IMG/VR virus record: IMGVR_UViG_3300037851_000590
Location: 1 to 45,422 of that record
DNA: 45,422 nt
Origin: a virus
Taxonomy: Duplodnaviria; Caudoviricetes
Strand: one strand, 5' to 3'
Made by a program: the position numbers and the translations under genes. Under the pieces are notes generated by a model. It was not told the DNA's origin. It was given only the letters and a program-made list of their open reading frames with translations, and made no database searches. Below are positions 8,202-18,024 of the stretch, piece after piece; the stretch's first letter is position 1; every line of letters begins with the position of its first letter.

Positions 8202-10456
8202 GGATTCTCGTAGTTCCGATCGAAGATCTGCTGTACGGGCACGTCGGTGTCGGTCGCGGGGATCACGTAGCCCGTGATGTCGGCCGGGAGGTACTCGGTA
8301 TGGAAGATCCGGATGTAGACCGTGTTTCCCGCGTCGTCGGCGAAGGAAAACTCGTTGCCCGTCACGCTCTCCGTTCCGTCGATCACAGAGTCGTCGCCCG
8401 AGTCGTAGACGCGCACCTCGGACCCGTTGATGAGACCCGTAAGGGTCACGGTCGTCTGGCCGAGAACGAGCGTCGTGGATGCGCCGGACCCGTTCCGGAT
8501 CGTGGGCGTCGTACCGCCAGCGATGGTGATCTGGACGGCTTTCGCCGCGTTGTTGTAGATCGTCGCCGCCATCGACGCGACTTGGTGCGTCTCAGAGCCG
8601 CCCGCTGTCAGGTTGATGCGGCTGGTGTCCGCGAGCGCGTTGGCGTTGGTCGCGTAAAACGCGAGGGTGCTCGACGTGACCGCGCGGACGTAGTAGACGG
8701 TAGCGTCCGTCAGGCCGATCGCCTGTGTGCCGCCCTGCTTCCGGTACATCACCTGCTCGCCGGTGGTGTAGCCGTGGCCAGTCTTGGTCACGGTGTCATC
8801 CCCGGACGACACGTCGTTCGTCGTGTGGAACTCGACTAGGTCGGCCCCGTACCCGGCAAACAGGACGTCGATCAGGCTGATCGCGGACGGCGTGTTGCTC
8901 CCCAACTCGATTGCGTGGCCCGGGGTACCCGCCGCGAGGCTCGCGCCGTACGTGAACGAGCACTCGTCCAGCTTGCCGCTCGTGTCCGCGTTGCGGTCCC
9001 AGAGAATCGCCGTCGGGCAGTTGGTGAAGTTGTTCGAACGGAGGTCCGGCGTCGTGGTGCTGACGGAGATCTGGTAGGACGCGGAGATCGGCGACGTAGT
9101 GCGAAGGTCGAAGAAGTTGCAGAACTTGATCGTCGCGCCGTTCGGCGTGATGGTCCCGCTGTTCTTGAACGTGCAGAACTGCACGTCCGACGTGGAAGCG
9201 AGGAGCGCCGCTCTCATCTCGCTGAACGTCGAGCCGTACAGGTTGCAGAGCGTGTTCGAGGCGTCCGCGGTCAACGTCCAGACTGCCGGGACGTAGCCGG
9301 TAAACGCGCCGCCGAAGTGGGTATAGCGGTTCGCGCCTCGGATCGTTACGCCCCCCGAAGCGACCCCGCCAGAGAGGTCACCGAGCTGGAACGTAGTGAG
9401 GAACGAGCCCGCGCCCGCAAGCACGAACTCGTAGAACGAGGTGTTGACTGGGAATCCTTGGAATACAACGACTTGCGACGTGTCTTTGAAATAAGTTATA
9501 GCCGTCTGACCTGTGGTCCCGATCTTCAGCTTTCCGGCCATGAAATAAATCCCGGACTGCTGCGTGATAACCCCGATCGCTCGGGTATTCGCGTTGTCCC
9601 ACACCTGGACATCGGTGAAGGCCACCGGGGAGCCCGAAGTGCCACCGGTAATGATGATACCGCCTGTCGTATAACGGCAGATATCGATCGCGTGGGTCAG
9701 GATCTTTGACGTAGCTACGGCGGTTGCCCGGACGCCGACACGATCCACGCTGCTCACAGCCGGTGACGTCGCCTGTAGGTCAGGGGTGCCGCCCACCTCT
9801 ACCACGTAGCATACCCACCCGTCGACTACGACCGTGTCCGACCCGCCGATCCACCACTCCTTCGTGTTCGTCGTCGAGTAGACCCACGTCACCGTGAGGG
9901 TGCAGCCCGTGCCGGTACCACCCGTGGTCGATACTGGGTTACCTGGCAGGACGGTGTACGCCCCGCGCTGTGTCGCCTTCGGTGTAACCGCGGTCACCGC
10001 ACCGCTCGATACCGCCGTGACGACGAAGATTCCGGTCTGGGTCGAGGTGCCGCCGGAGAGCGTCAGCTCATCGTTGACGGTGTAGCCGCTGCCGCCCGCC
10101 GCGATCGTCGCGGATAGGATGCACCGGATCGCGGTCGGCGGGGCGTCGGACGAGATCGCGATTCCCGTGCCGCCCGCCGCCTGTGTCGCCATCGAAGGCC
10201 ACGCCACGCACTTGATCCACTGGTAATAGTGGAGCCCCGTCGCGCTCAAGTCAAGGTTGGCGGTGGTCGGAGTAAGCAGGGTGGCGGTGCCTGTTCCCGT
10301 ACCGGAGCTGACGCCGAACGTAAGACAGTTCGTGCCCTCGACTTTGTAATCGTCGTTGATGGCCTCGGCCGTCTTGAGGGTACCGACCTCGTCGTAGTCC
10401 TCGGTATCCGCGGTCTCGATGGTCGTGAAGTCGGTCGATGCGAAGGTTCCTGGCAT
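8198..10456 (-). CDS. tail fibre/spike-like structural protein (beta-helix-like region and FCCH-like HGYTTGEQV module)
   Basis: Thr/Gly-rich; GGSGYTVND and GHGYTTGEQVMY...TVYYVRAV motifs. Confidence 0.65.
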   Translation of the reverse strand: MPGTFASTDFTTIETADTEDYDEVGTLKTAEAINDDYKVEGTNCLTFGVSSGTGTGTATLLTPTTANLDLSATGLHYYQWIKCVAWPSMATQAAGGTGIAISSDAPPTAIRCILSATIAAGGSGYTVNDELTLSGGTSTQTGIFVVTAVSSGAVTAVTPKATQRGAYTVLPGNPVSTTGGTGTGCTLTVTWVYSTTNTKEWWIGGSDTVVVDGWVCYVVEVGGTPDLQATSPAVSSVDRVGVRATAVATSKILTHAIDICRYTTGGIIITGGTSGSPVAFTDVQVWDNANTRAIGVITQQSGIYFMAGKLKIGTTGQTAITYFKDTSQVVVFQGFPVNTSFYEFVLAGAGSFLTTFQLGDLSGGVASGGVTIRGANRYTHFGGAFTGYVPAVWTLTADASNTLCNLYGSTFSEMRAALLASTSDVQFCTFKNSGTITPNGATIKFCNFFDLRTTSPISASYQISVSTTTPDLRSNNFTNCPTAILWDRNADTSGKLDECSFTYGASLAAGTPGHAIELGSNTPSAISLIDVLFAGYGADLVEFHTTNDVSSGDDTVTKTGHGYTTGEQVMYRKQGGTQAIGLTDATVYYVRAVTSSTLAFYATNANALADTSRINLTAGGSETHQVASMAATIYNNAAKAVQITIAGGTTPTIRNGSGASTTLVLGQTTVTLTGLINGSEVRVYDSGDDSVIDGTESVTGNEFSFADDAGNTVYIRIFHTEYLPADITGYVIPATDTDVPVQQIFDRNYENP

Positions 10457-10462
10457 CTTAGA

Positions 10463-10852
10463 TCAGCTCTTGAAGCGTGGTGGAGAGGGGTACGGCGACC
10501 CCAGCCCTCCGCGGCGCTCCACCACCTCTCCGTTTTCGTCTACCGCCTCGAACCAGTAAGTGCAGGGCGTCCCTTCGATCTGGTCCGGTACGGTCGGAAA
10601 CTTCTGACATACCTCAGGGCGTGAATCGTACACCTTGCATCGCGACGCGGCCTGATCGTGGTGAACGCACGGGGCGAACCCGTGAGAGACGAAGCGGATC
10701 TTGCCGTCCGGGCCAAGGTTCCCACCTCGCATTTGGAAGAACGTCGTGGAGTCCGGGGTCACTTCTGGCTCCGGGACCGTGACGCGGTTTATCGTCATGA
10801 ACTGGCAACACCACCCGCAGTTGTTGCATTCGCCGGCTCTTCTTAATTTCAC
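10463..10852 (-). CDS. YkgJ/CxxCxxCC zinc- or iron-chelating protein
   Basis: CNNCGWCC...CVHH...CKVYDSRPEVCQKFP. Confidence 0.8.
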   Translation of the reverse strand: MKLRRAGECNNCGWCCQFMTINRVTVPEPEVTPDSTTFFQMRGGNLGPDGKIRFVSHGFAPCVHHDQAASRCKVYDSRPEVCQKFPTVPDQIEGTPCTYWFEAVDENGEVVERRGGLGSPYPSPPRFKS

Positions 10853-10871
10853 TTCTAGGCTCCGTTTCGAG

Positions 10872-10897
10872 TAGCGGGGCGGGCAGCCGCCCCGCTA
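10872..10897. terminator. GC-rich intergenic hairpin (possible terminator or stabiliser)
   Basis: TAGCGGGGCGG-GCAG-CCGCCCCGCTA inverted repeat; no clear U-tract. Confidence 0.35.
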
Positions 10898-10921
10898 GAG
10901 GTTTAACGGGCGTCGTGCTGT

Positions 10922-13543
10922 TTACGGGTTGGAGTAGTTGCGCTCTAGAGCCGCGACTACCGAGAACGCCAGACCCGTTGCTCGGGTGATAGTGCCTGTG
11001 GTCTCAGCGAACTGCGCGTCCTCTAGACCGATCGCGCGAATGACGATTGGCGCGTCGGTAGCCGGGGTTCGTCCGCCTTGGGCGTTGTTATCGTAGTCGA
11101 AGTCGAACGCGATGGACGCCGCTCCGACCGAACCGGCAATCGGGCTGCCGCCGTTGTCGTTCACGATGATCGCCTGCGGCGAGTCGATCGGGTCCAAGTC
11201 GAGCGGGTGGGAGGCGGACGACTCGTTCACGACGGTTGCGCCGTCGATCTTCCGCGCGTCGAACTGCGTAGCGCTCGGGCTCGCGTCGGTCACGACCCAG
11301 ATGCCGTTGTTCGCGGCGTTCGTCATGTCGGTGAGTCGTACGTAGTCCCACTGCGCCACGGTCGGCAGGTTCGCGCCCGCCGAGTCGAAGGACGCCGTGG
11401 AGCCGGACGCCGCGCTGATCGCGAAGTCGGGCACCACGTCGCGGAGCGTGTACTCGAAGAACATCCAGTACTCCGGGGCGCTGTCCGACGGGTAGAGGTT
11501 CGCGTTGAAGCTGATCGTCCCGGCCGCGACGAACGGGTAATTGTAGCTCGTCCCGAGGTTGTCGTAGAAGAACAGGTTGTTCGTGTCGTTCGCGTCGAAC
11601 CCCTCGATGATGACGCCGCTTCCGCCGCCGTTCGGGTTCGACGGGATCGCCGAACCGCAGAGCAGGTCCGCCCCGACGAAGGTGAGCAGCTCGTCTGCCG
11701 TGCGGCCCGTGACGGTCTGGTCCGTGGAGTCGATGTCGGCGGCCTGACGCAGGAGGTACTGGACCTTCTCGTAGATCTCCTGCTTAGAGGCTACGACCGG
11801 CGTCGCCCGCTGGGCCGTGAAGCTCAGGTTCGAGCCGGACGAGATCGTGCCAGTAACCGTGATCGTGGTCGCGGTGTTCGACACGATCGGGAACGTAAGG
11901 TTCTCGTCCGTGCCCTCGTGGATGCGGAGTGTGCCGCTCGCGTAGGCGTTCACGCCCATACCGCCCTCGGAGGTGGTCAGGACACTGCCGCCGCCCGGGG
12001 CCGACCCGTCGACGCCCGAGTGCGTACCGACGTCGATGACGATGCCGAAGTTCCGGTTCGTGCCGGAGTCAACCTCTCGGTTAAACGCCTGGTCAAAGTA
12101 GCGGACTACGATCTGCGTATACGGTGAGTTGGCCGCGATGTTCGCGTCCGTCTCGTCGATGTTCAGGTCGGTCGCGTTACTGAGCGGGAAGCGGAAGCAC
12201 TTGTTGTCGACTGCGGTGAAACCGATGGCCGAGACGGTGGACTTGTCGTAGGTCTTGCCGTTCGGGTCGCCGTCGCGCTCGCGCAGGAACACCTGTACTG
12301 CGTTGCGGTTGTCCGCGGCGAGGCGCATAGTGTCGTCGTCCGCGTTGTTGGTCAGGCCGCTCGCCACCGTCAACACGTCGGCCGCGACGCCCGTGAGGAC
12401 CCACGACCCGTTGTTCGCGCTGTCCTCCGCGCTGCTGATCGTAACGCGGCCGCCGATCTTGAAGCCAAACGTCACGAAGCTCGTGCCGCCCGACTTGGTG
12501 ATCGTCGTGCCTCCCGTGATCGCGAGCGAGCCAGGGACGCCGAAGTCCTCGTAGGTCTTGATCGCCTCGTTGACCGGGCCTGCGAACGTGAAGTCCGTCG
12601 CCGCCGCGGTGTCGTCCGGGTCGTTGCCGAGCTGGTAGTACGCGGTGTCAGTGGTGTCGTCCTCGAACGTGCCGAGGGTCACGATGCCCGTGTACTGCTT
12701 CGTGACGATGTCGGTCGCGCTGACCTCCGACCACCCGGCCGTCCGGATCAGCTTCTTGGACTGGATCGCCGGCGACGTAACGTCGCGCGGCTCCCAGCCC
12801 TCGATGAATTCGAACTGCTCCGGCGTGATGGACACCATCGGGAAGGTGTCGCGGATCAGGTCGGCGTCGGACTTCCACTCCTCCTTGAGGAAGGAGTACA
12901 GCGTCTGGAGAGTTACGCCGTCGACGGACAGGCTGCCCTTCTCTAGGAGATAGACGCGCTTCTGGTCCACGTCGATCATAACCGACTTGTACTCGGCGGT
13001 CGCGCCGGAGGCGAGGGTGATCGTGTCGTCGTCAGCGTTGTTCGTCAGCGGCGTGCCGGTCACGACGAGCACGTCGGCCGAGACGGACGTCAGGACCCAA
13101 GAGCCGTTGTTGCCAGAGTCCTCAGCGAGCGTGATAGTCACGTAACCGCCGACCTTGAAGCCCTCCGTGAGGAAGCTGGCGCCGCCGGTCTTCGTGATCG
13201 TGTTGTTGGTCGTGATCGCGACGTTACCCGGGGTGCCGTACGAGTCGAGGTTGTCGCCGAACGTGCGGATCGCCTCGGACCCGGAGTCAGCGGGGTTCGT
13301 GCCGTCCACCTTGGTGGCAGACAGGCTCGTAACGCTCGGCGTACCGGTGGCGATGTAGAGCCCGTTGTTGCCCGGGATCGAGTGGTCACGCACCTCGAAG
13401 TAGTCGTTGGCGTCGAGCTTCGGCAGGTTACCGCCCGCGCTGGTGATCGTGGTGTTGGCTCCGGACGAGCTACCGAACACCGCGTCGGATACGGCGAGTT
13501 CCAACCCCTGGGACAGGTAGTCGGGATCGATGATGAGGGCCAT
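10922..13543 (-). CDS. large virion structural protein with internal repeats (NNGxW/Y modules)
   Basis: 873 aa, acidic, Thr/Ser/Gly-rich. Duplicated segment GG.SF..GFK.GG.VTI..AEDS.NNGSWVLT.V.ADVL. The C-terminus RNYSNP resembles RNYENP of 8198..10456. Confidence 0.65.
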   Translation of the reverse strand: MALIIDPDYLSQGLELAVSDAVFGSSSGANTTITSAGGNLPKLDANDYFEVRDHSIPGNNGLYIATGTPSVTSLSATKVDGTNPADSGSEAIRTFGDNLDSYGTPGNVAITTNNTITKTGGASFLTEGFKVGGYVTITLAEDSGNNGSWVLTSVSADVLVVTGTPLTNNADDDTITLASGATAEYKSVMIDVDQKRVYLLEKGSLSVDGVTLQTLYSFLKEEWKSDADLIRDTFPMVSITPEQFEFIEGWEPRDVTSPAIQSKKLIRTAGWSEVSATDIVTKQYTGIVTLGTFEDDTTDTAYYQLGNDPDDTAAATDFTFAGPVNEAIKTYEDFGVPGSLAITGGTTITKSGGTSFVTFGFKIGGRVTISSAEDSANNGSWVLTGVAADVLTVASGLTNNADDDTMRLAADNRNAVQVFLRERDGDPNGKTYDKSTVSAIGFTAVDNKCFRFPLSNATDLNIDETDANIAANSPYTQIVVRYFDQAFNREVDSGTNRNFGIVIDVGTHSGVDGSAPGGGSVLTTSEGGMGVNAYASGTLRIHEGTDENLTFPIVSNTATTITVTGTISSGSNLSFTAQRATPVVASKQEIYEKVQYLLRQAADIDSTDQTVTGRTADELLTFVGADLLCGSAIPSNPNGGGSGVIIEGFDANDTNNLFFYDNLGTSYNYPFVAAGTISFNANLYPSDSAPEYWMFFEYTLRDVVPDFAISAASGSTASFDSAGANLPTVAQWDYVRLTDMTNAANNGIWVVTDASPSATQFDARKIDGATVVNESSASHPLDLDPIDSPQAIIVNDNGGSPIAGSVGAASIAFDFDYDNNAQGGRTPATDAPIVIRAIGLEDAQFAETTGTITRATGLAFSVVAALERNYSNP

Positions 13544-13566
13544 GGTTTAGATGTTCTCCTGTTACG

Positions 13567-13980
13567 TTAGACGATGCGGACGATTGCGGTGTCGGCGCCC
13601 GCTGCGGGGAGCTTGACCTTGAAGTCGTCGTCAGTTGATGCGACATTGCGATGGAAGTCGATCACGGCTAGGGCGCGGTCCCCGTCGGTGGCGTCGTACA
13701 GCAGAGCGCCTCGCGCCGTGATCGTCGAATTTGGCCACACCACCGGCGTGTCCCAGGTCGCGTAAGCGACCTCTCCGTCCACCGCCACCGCGAAGCCGGT
13801 GAGACTCTTGCCCCCGGCATCGTAGCCCGGAGCCGAGACCTCGCCAGCCGTCGTATAGGTAGCCGTGGTGAAGTCGAGGTTAGCCCCCTCCTCGTAGAGG
13901 GCGAGCTTGACGTTGTGCCCCGCGAGGAGCTGGAGCATGGCCTCCTTGAAGGCCGCGGTGAGGTTCTGCTGGATAGCCAT
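13567..13980 (-). CDS. conserved small phage structural protein
   Basis: FKE...KLALY...GEVS..GY.AGG...ITARGALLY...IDF pattern. Confidence 0.65.
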   Translation of the reverse strand: MAIQQNLTAAFKEAMLQLLAGHNVKLALYEEGANLDFTTATYTTAGEVSAPGYDAGGKSLTGFAVAVDGEVAYATWDTPVVWPNSTITARGALLYDATDGDRALAVIDFHRNVASTDDDFKVKLPAAGADTAIVRIV

Positions 13981-13989
13981 GAGTCTCCT

Positions 13990-16452
13990 TTACGAGATCC
14001 TGTACTCGGCCGCGCGCCCGTTGGCGTCGCGTTTCACGCTGATCGTCCGACCGGCAGCCTTCTTGGCCGCGGCCGCTGATGCCCGGAGCCCCGGGGGGAT
14101 AACGCCCTTTGGTGGCGTCTTCTTGGGTGCCGGGAGCCCCGCGTTCGGCACGCCAACCATCGGGTTCGCGTTCGGGTTCGGCATCGGGTTCGGCAGCGGG
14201 TTGCCGTCCGGGTCGTTGTAGATCATGCTGTTCAGGTCTCCGGGGCCCGGGGCGTTCGGCATAGCGGCGGCCGGAGCGTCCGGCTTGTTCGCGATCTCCT
14301 GCCGCTCCTCCTCGTCCGTGACGCCCGGCCTCGTGATGCCGCCGATCGACAGGTTGTGGTAGAAGGTCTTGTAGGAGATGCCATCTGCCTGCAGAGCCGC
14401 GAGCAACGCCGCGAGTTCCGGCGGCTGCATCTTGACGCTGAAGAAGTCCTTGTTCAGCTCGACTTGTACGTAACTGAGGTCAGCTGGCGTTTTCTCCGTC
14501 CCCAGCCACCAGACGTGGACGCGCAGCGCCTTGGTGAGCTGCTGCTCGAGCACCTGCACGATCGTGCGGAGAACCGCTTGCTCCCCGGAGTGCCGCATCC
14601 CGACAGCGCCGAGGGTCTCGTTCGCCATCGCCTGCTCCTCGAGGAGGCGGGCACCGAGGACAGCCATCATCTTTCGCTTCTGCTCGTCGGCCGTCTCCAG
14701 CGAAGGGAACGTGGTCGAGGACTGCAGCATCCCGGCGCTGCCGCCCTTCTCTAGGATAAGTACGCCGGACGGACCGAGCTGAACTTCGTTCGCGTCGTTC
14801 GTAGCCGGCCCGGAGATCCACGGCGTCGGGAGCCCGCTGAAGTGACGCCCGTGTTCCAGGTCGGCCATCGTGCGGTAGTGGCTGAGATTCAGGTCGACGA
14901 GGTCGAGGAGCGGCGGCTTTGAGATCCGAGCCGAGGTCCCGGTGGCGTTGACGAAGTAGAACGGGATGAAGTCGAGCGGCTTTCCTCTGCGTACCGGGGT
15001 GATCTTCTCGATGATGTGCCAGTCGTCGCCAGACTTGACACGGAGTTCGACTGGGGGCTGCACGGTCTTGGTAGGTTCGCCGCTGTAGCTGAGCTGCGTC
15101 TCTTTCTCGCTGTAGGGGATGAACTCCCCGGAGGCTTTAGCCAGCTTCTTCTGCTTCTCCTCGCGGCCGTTTACCGCGTCGCGCTTCTGGTTGGCTCCCT
15201 TCGCCCACAGCGTCTGGCTGTAGACCCCGTCCTCTAGCTCCAGCACTCGATACTGTTCCTCCTCCTCGATGGTGAACGGGTCCATCGGGTCCTCGATCTC
15301 AGCCTGCTCGCACAACACGACGCGGATCAGCGTCTCCTCGCCCTCGATGCGGTCTGTCGTCCAGTTGATGATGGACTCGGCGTCGTAGCCCGCCCAGTAG
15401 GGGCGCTGCTTGTCGCGCAGTTCGGTATCTGCCATGTCGACGAGGATCCCGTAGCGTCCGGTGGTGAGGACCTCCTGCATTGTCTCGAAGCCGAACTGGT
15501 CCAGCGTCTGCCCCGTAAGCGTGATATCGTCGAGCTGTTTCAGGATCGGGTTCTCGGGGGGCTTCGGAGACTTCGGCGCTCCCGGTACCCCCGCTTCTGG
15601 CGCTCCCGGTGCCTTCTTTCTGAAGGGAGCCGGAGCTGACGTCTCCATCTCGTATTCCGGCTCGCCGTTCTCATCGAGCTTCGGCTCGCCGTTCTCGTCG
15701 AGGACCGGGATCGGCTCGCCGTTCTCGTCAAGCTTCTGCTTGGGTTCCGACTCGGGAGCTGATTCCTCTTTGGCCCCTGCCATTTCCCAGGTCGGCTCGC
15801 CGTTCTCATCGAGGACCGGCTCCCCGTTCTCGTCGAGAGCGGGGACAGGCTTCCCGTCCGGGCCGAGCCTCCGGCCCTGTTCATCGACAGTCGAAGTGCC
15901 CTCTTCCTCGTCTTCGGGTAACGGCTTCCCGTCCGGCCCGAGCTGATCCGGAGCCCCGAACTTCCGAACGGGCTTCCCGTCCGGGCCGAGCTTCCGAACG
16001 GGCTTCCCGTCATCTTCGGTGTCGGCGTCGGCGTCGGCGTTGGGTTCGCCGTCAGGGCCCAGCTTCAGCGGCTTCCCGTCAGGGCCCAGCTTCGGCGGAA
16101 GCGGCTTCCCGTCAGGGCCCAGCTTCGGCGGAAGCGGCCTCCCGTCAGGGCCTACCTCAACTTCGACAGAGGAGCTTTCGGTTGCCTCCGGCGCGACCTT
16201 GACGACCGGCTCCTTCTGGAACACCGCCCCGGCGAACCCGTCGATCGTCCGGCCAGTGGCGTTGAAGAAGAGCGCGCGGGTCTTATAGCCCTCGTAGGCC
16301 GTCTTGCCCTGCGTCTGTTTGTGCGAGTCGAGGGCCGGGAGGTACTTCTCTCCGGCGGTCTTGACGGCGTCTGAACCCTCATAGCAGTCCCGGCATCGCT
16401 CCCACTTGGAGAGAAAAGAATCGTACTCTTTGTGGTGGGTGTTCACCGGCAC
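13990..16452 (-). CDS. portal protein (DUF4055-type) with large low-complexity insertion
   Basis: RDCYEGSDAVK..GEKYLP, Y..RALFFNATGRT, GRYGILVD, IINW and PPLLDLVDLNLSHYR motifs; directly downstream of terminase. Confidence 0.85.
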   Translation of the reverse strand: MPVNTHHKEYDSFLSKWERCRDCYEGSDAVKTAGEKYLPALDSHKQTQGKTAYEGYKTRALFFNATGRTIDGFAGAVFQKEPVVKVAPEATESSSVEVEVGPDGRPLPPKLGPDGKPLPPKLGPDGKPLKLGPDGEPNADADADTEDDGKPVRKLGPDGKPVRKFGAPDQLGPDGKPLPEDEEEGTSTVDEQGRRLGPDGKPVPALDENGEPVLDENGEPTWEMAGAKEESAPESEPKQKLDENGEPIPVLDENGEPKLDENGEPEYEMETSAPAPFRKKAPGAPEAGVPGAPKSPKPPENPILKQLDDITLTGQTLDQFGFETMQEVLTTGRYGILVDMADTELRDKQRPYWAGYDAESIINWTTDRIEGEETLIRVVLCEQAEIEDPMDPFTIEEEEQYRVLELEDGVYSQTLWAKGANQKRDAVNGREEKQKKLAKASGEFIPYSEKETQLSYSGEPTKTVQPPVELRVKSGDDWHIIEKITPVRRGKPLDFIPFYFVNATGTSARISKPPLLDLVDLNLSHYRTMADLEHGRHFSGLPTPWISGPATNDANEVQLGPSGVLILEKGGSAGMLQSSTTFPSLETADEQKRKMMAVLGARLLEEQAMANETLGAVGMRHSGEQAVLRTIVQVLEQQLTKALRVHVWWLGTEKTPADLSYVQVELNKDFFSVKMQPPELAALLAALQADGISYKTFYHNLSIGGITRPGVTDEEERQEIANKPDAPAAAMPNAPGPGDLNSMIYNDPDGNPLPNPMPNPNANPMVGVPNAGLPAPKKTPPKGVIPPGLRASAAAAKKAAGRTISVKRDANGRAAEYRIS
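15660..16150 (-). repeat. coding repeats KLGPDGKP and LDENGEP inside the portal gene
   Basis: About 8 GPDG(K/R/E)P and 5 LDENGEP units visible in both protein and DNA. Confidence 0.85.
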
Positions 16453-16543
16453 AGGGTTGACTCCTTCGAGGGACGCGACGCCGCCAGGCGTAGGATTACG
16501 ACGGTTGAGACAGGGGCTCCAGTCCTACTGGAGATACCACATT

Positions 16544-16555
16544 GCATTATACCAC
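16544..16555 (-). promoter_or_regulatory. extended -10 promoter (TGGTATAAT) upstream of portal
   Basis: GTGGTATAATGC on the minus strand in an intergenic gap; identical 12-mer at 39832..39843. Confidence 0.6.
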
Positions 16556-16575
16556 GAACCATGATCGTTACCACC

Positions 16576-18024
16576 TTAGCCCCAGACGGCCCGGACGGTC
16601 TTGATCGGACGAGATCCGGTCACCAGCTCGTTGAACGCGGTGCTCGCGGCGTCGACCTGGTCGTCGTTCCGACCGTTCGGGAAGATCTCGTGCTCGGCCA
16701 CGAAGGCCGCATTCCACGGCGCACGCTTCAGGTACACGTTCCCGGCCTCGCACTGCGCCCGGTACGGCTTGGCTCGGGTGACCTTGTCGCCGGTCGTAGG
16801 CGACGGGCCGTAGTCGTAGCCGACGAGGGCTCTCGCCCGCGTCGCGATCACCATGGCCCCCGCCGACCCGGGTTCCTTCTGCTCACGCTGCGAGACCTGC
16901 TTGCCGTCCATCCGGGTCGTGGTCTTCATCTTCTCGTCGACTTCGTTAGGACCCCATTGACCACGCGTCACGTCCTCGACGATGACGGCGCCGGACTCGT
17001 CGTCGTACGACATCTTGACCCCGACGGTGTAGTCGCCCGCGCCTTCTGTCGCCGCGGTGTCCCACCCCCGGACTCTCCGGAGCTTCCGATTCGGAAGCTC
17101 GTCGATATACTTGAACCAGGAGCCCTTGAAGAGGCCGCCGCCCTCGGGAGCAGGGATCTGTTGTAGTTGCCCGGCTGAACCATAGGGGCCTAGGTCGATC
17201 TCTAGCTGTCGGACACGCGGCTCGGGGAACAACGCGGGCCAGAGCAGTTCGCCCTCGGTCGTGCGCGGGTCGCGTGGGTGCGCGCGCTTCGGGTCGAATC
17301 TCATTGGAAAGCAAAGGTGCCGCCACTTCCCGCCCTTCGCGAGGACGTGCGCGGACAGGTCCTCCTCGTGGAGGCGCTGCATCACCACGACCTTGCGGAC
17401 GCCCCGGCTCACACCGCGGGTGCTGAGCGTCCGATCCCACCAGTCGAGCACCGCCTTTCGAGTGACTTCGCTTCGGGCCTCGTCGGCCTTGTGGGGGTCG
17501 TCGACGATGATTCGGTCGGGGTGTTCTCCCGTTCCTTCACCGTGTGTCGAGGTCGCGAGCCGCCAGCCCTCGTGATCGTTCACGTACCAGAGCTTTGCGG
17601 ACTGGTCGTCGGCCAGCTGCACCCCGTAGTTCCTCACGTACCACGGCGAGGTGATGACGTCGCGCATCTTCATCGCGTCGCGCATGCTGAGACGTATGCC
17701 GTACGTCGCGCTGATGATCCGAAGCTCGGGCTTCCGGGTCCATTCCCACGCAGGCCAGAGGACAGAGGTGAAGATCGACTTCGCAGTCCCTGGCGGGATG
17801 TTGATAAGCAGGTCCTCGTCCGCGTTCACGCCGTCGCTGATCTGCTGGAGTTCGTCGCAAAGAACTTCTAGATGCCAATTCCAAACGATCGGCGTCGAGG
17901 GCTCGATCAGCTCCCAGGTCTTGTAGACGAACCGCTTGAAGTTCCGTTTGCAAAGTACGGCCTCGACGTGCTCCAGCTCCGTCCTCGGATCTGGCCGGTC
18001 GTCTTCCGTCTCGTCTAAGCTCAC
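16576..18024 (-). CDS. terL: terminase large subunit
   Basis: Walker A NIPPGTAKS, Walker B IIVDDPHK, VVMQRLHEEDL, nuclease motifs GWDTA and DDQVDA. Confidence 0.93.
   Translation of the reverse strand: MSLDETEDDRPDPRTELEHVEAVLCKRNFKRFVYKTWELIEPSTPIVWNWHLEVLCDELQQISDGVNADEDLLINIPPGTAKSIFTSVLWPAWEWTRKPELRIISATYGIRLSMRDAMKMRDVITSPWYVRNYGVQLADDQSAKLWYVNDHEGWRLATSTHGEGTGEHPDRIIVDDPHKADEARSEVTRKAVLDWWDRTLSTRGVSRGVRKVVVMQRLHEEDLSAHVLAKGGKWRHLCFPMRFDPKRAHPRDPRTTEGELLWPALFPEPRVRQLEIDLGPYGSAGQLQQIPAPEGGGLFKGSWFKYIDELPNRKLRRVRGWDTAATEGAGDYTVGVKMSYDDESGAVIVEDVTRGQWGPNEVDEKMKTTTRMDGKQVSQREQKEPGSAGAMVIATRARALVGYDYGPSPTTGDKVTRAKPYRAQCEAGNVYLKRAPWNAAFVAEHEIFPNGRNDDQVDAASTAFNELVTGSRPIKTVRAVWG

Noticed and set aside
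10922-13543. Major capsid or tail sheath assignment
   Set aside because: No HK97-fold or sheath motifs were recognisable, so it is left as a generic structural protein.
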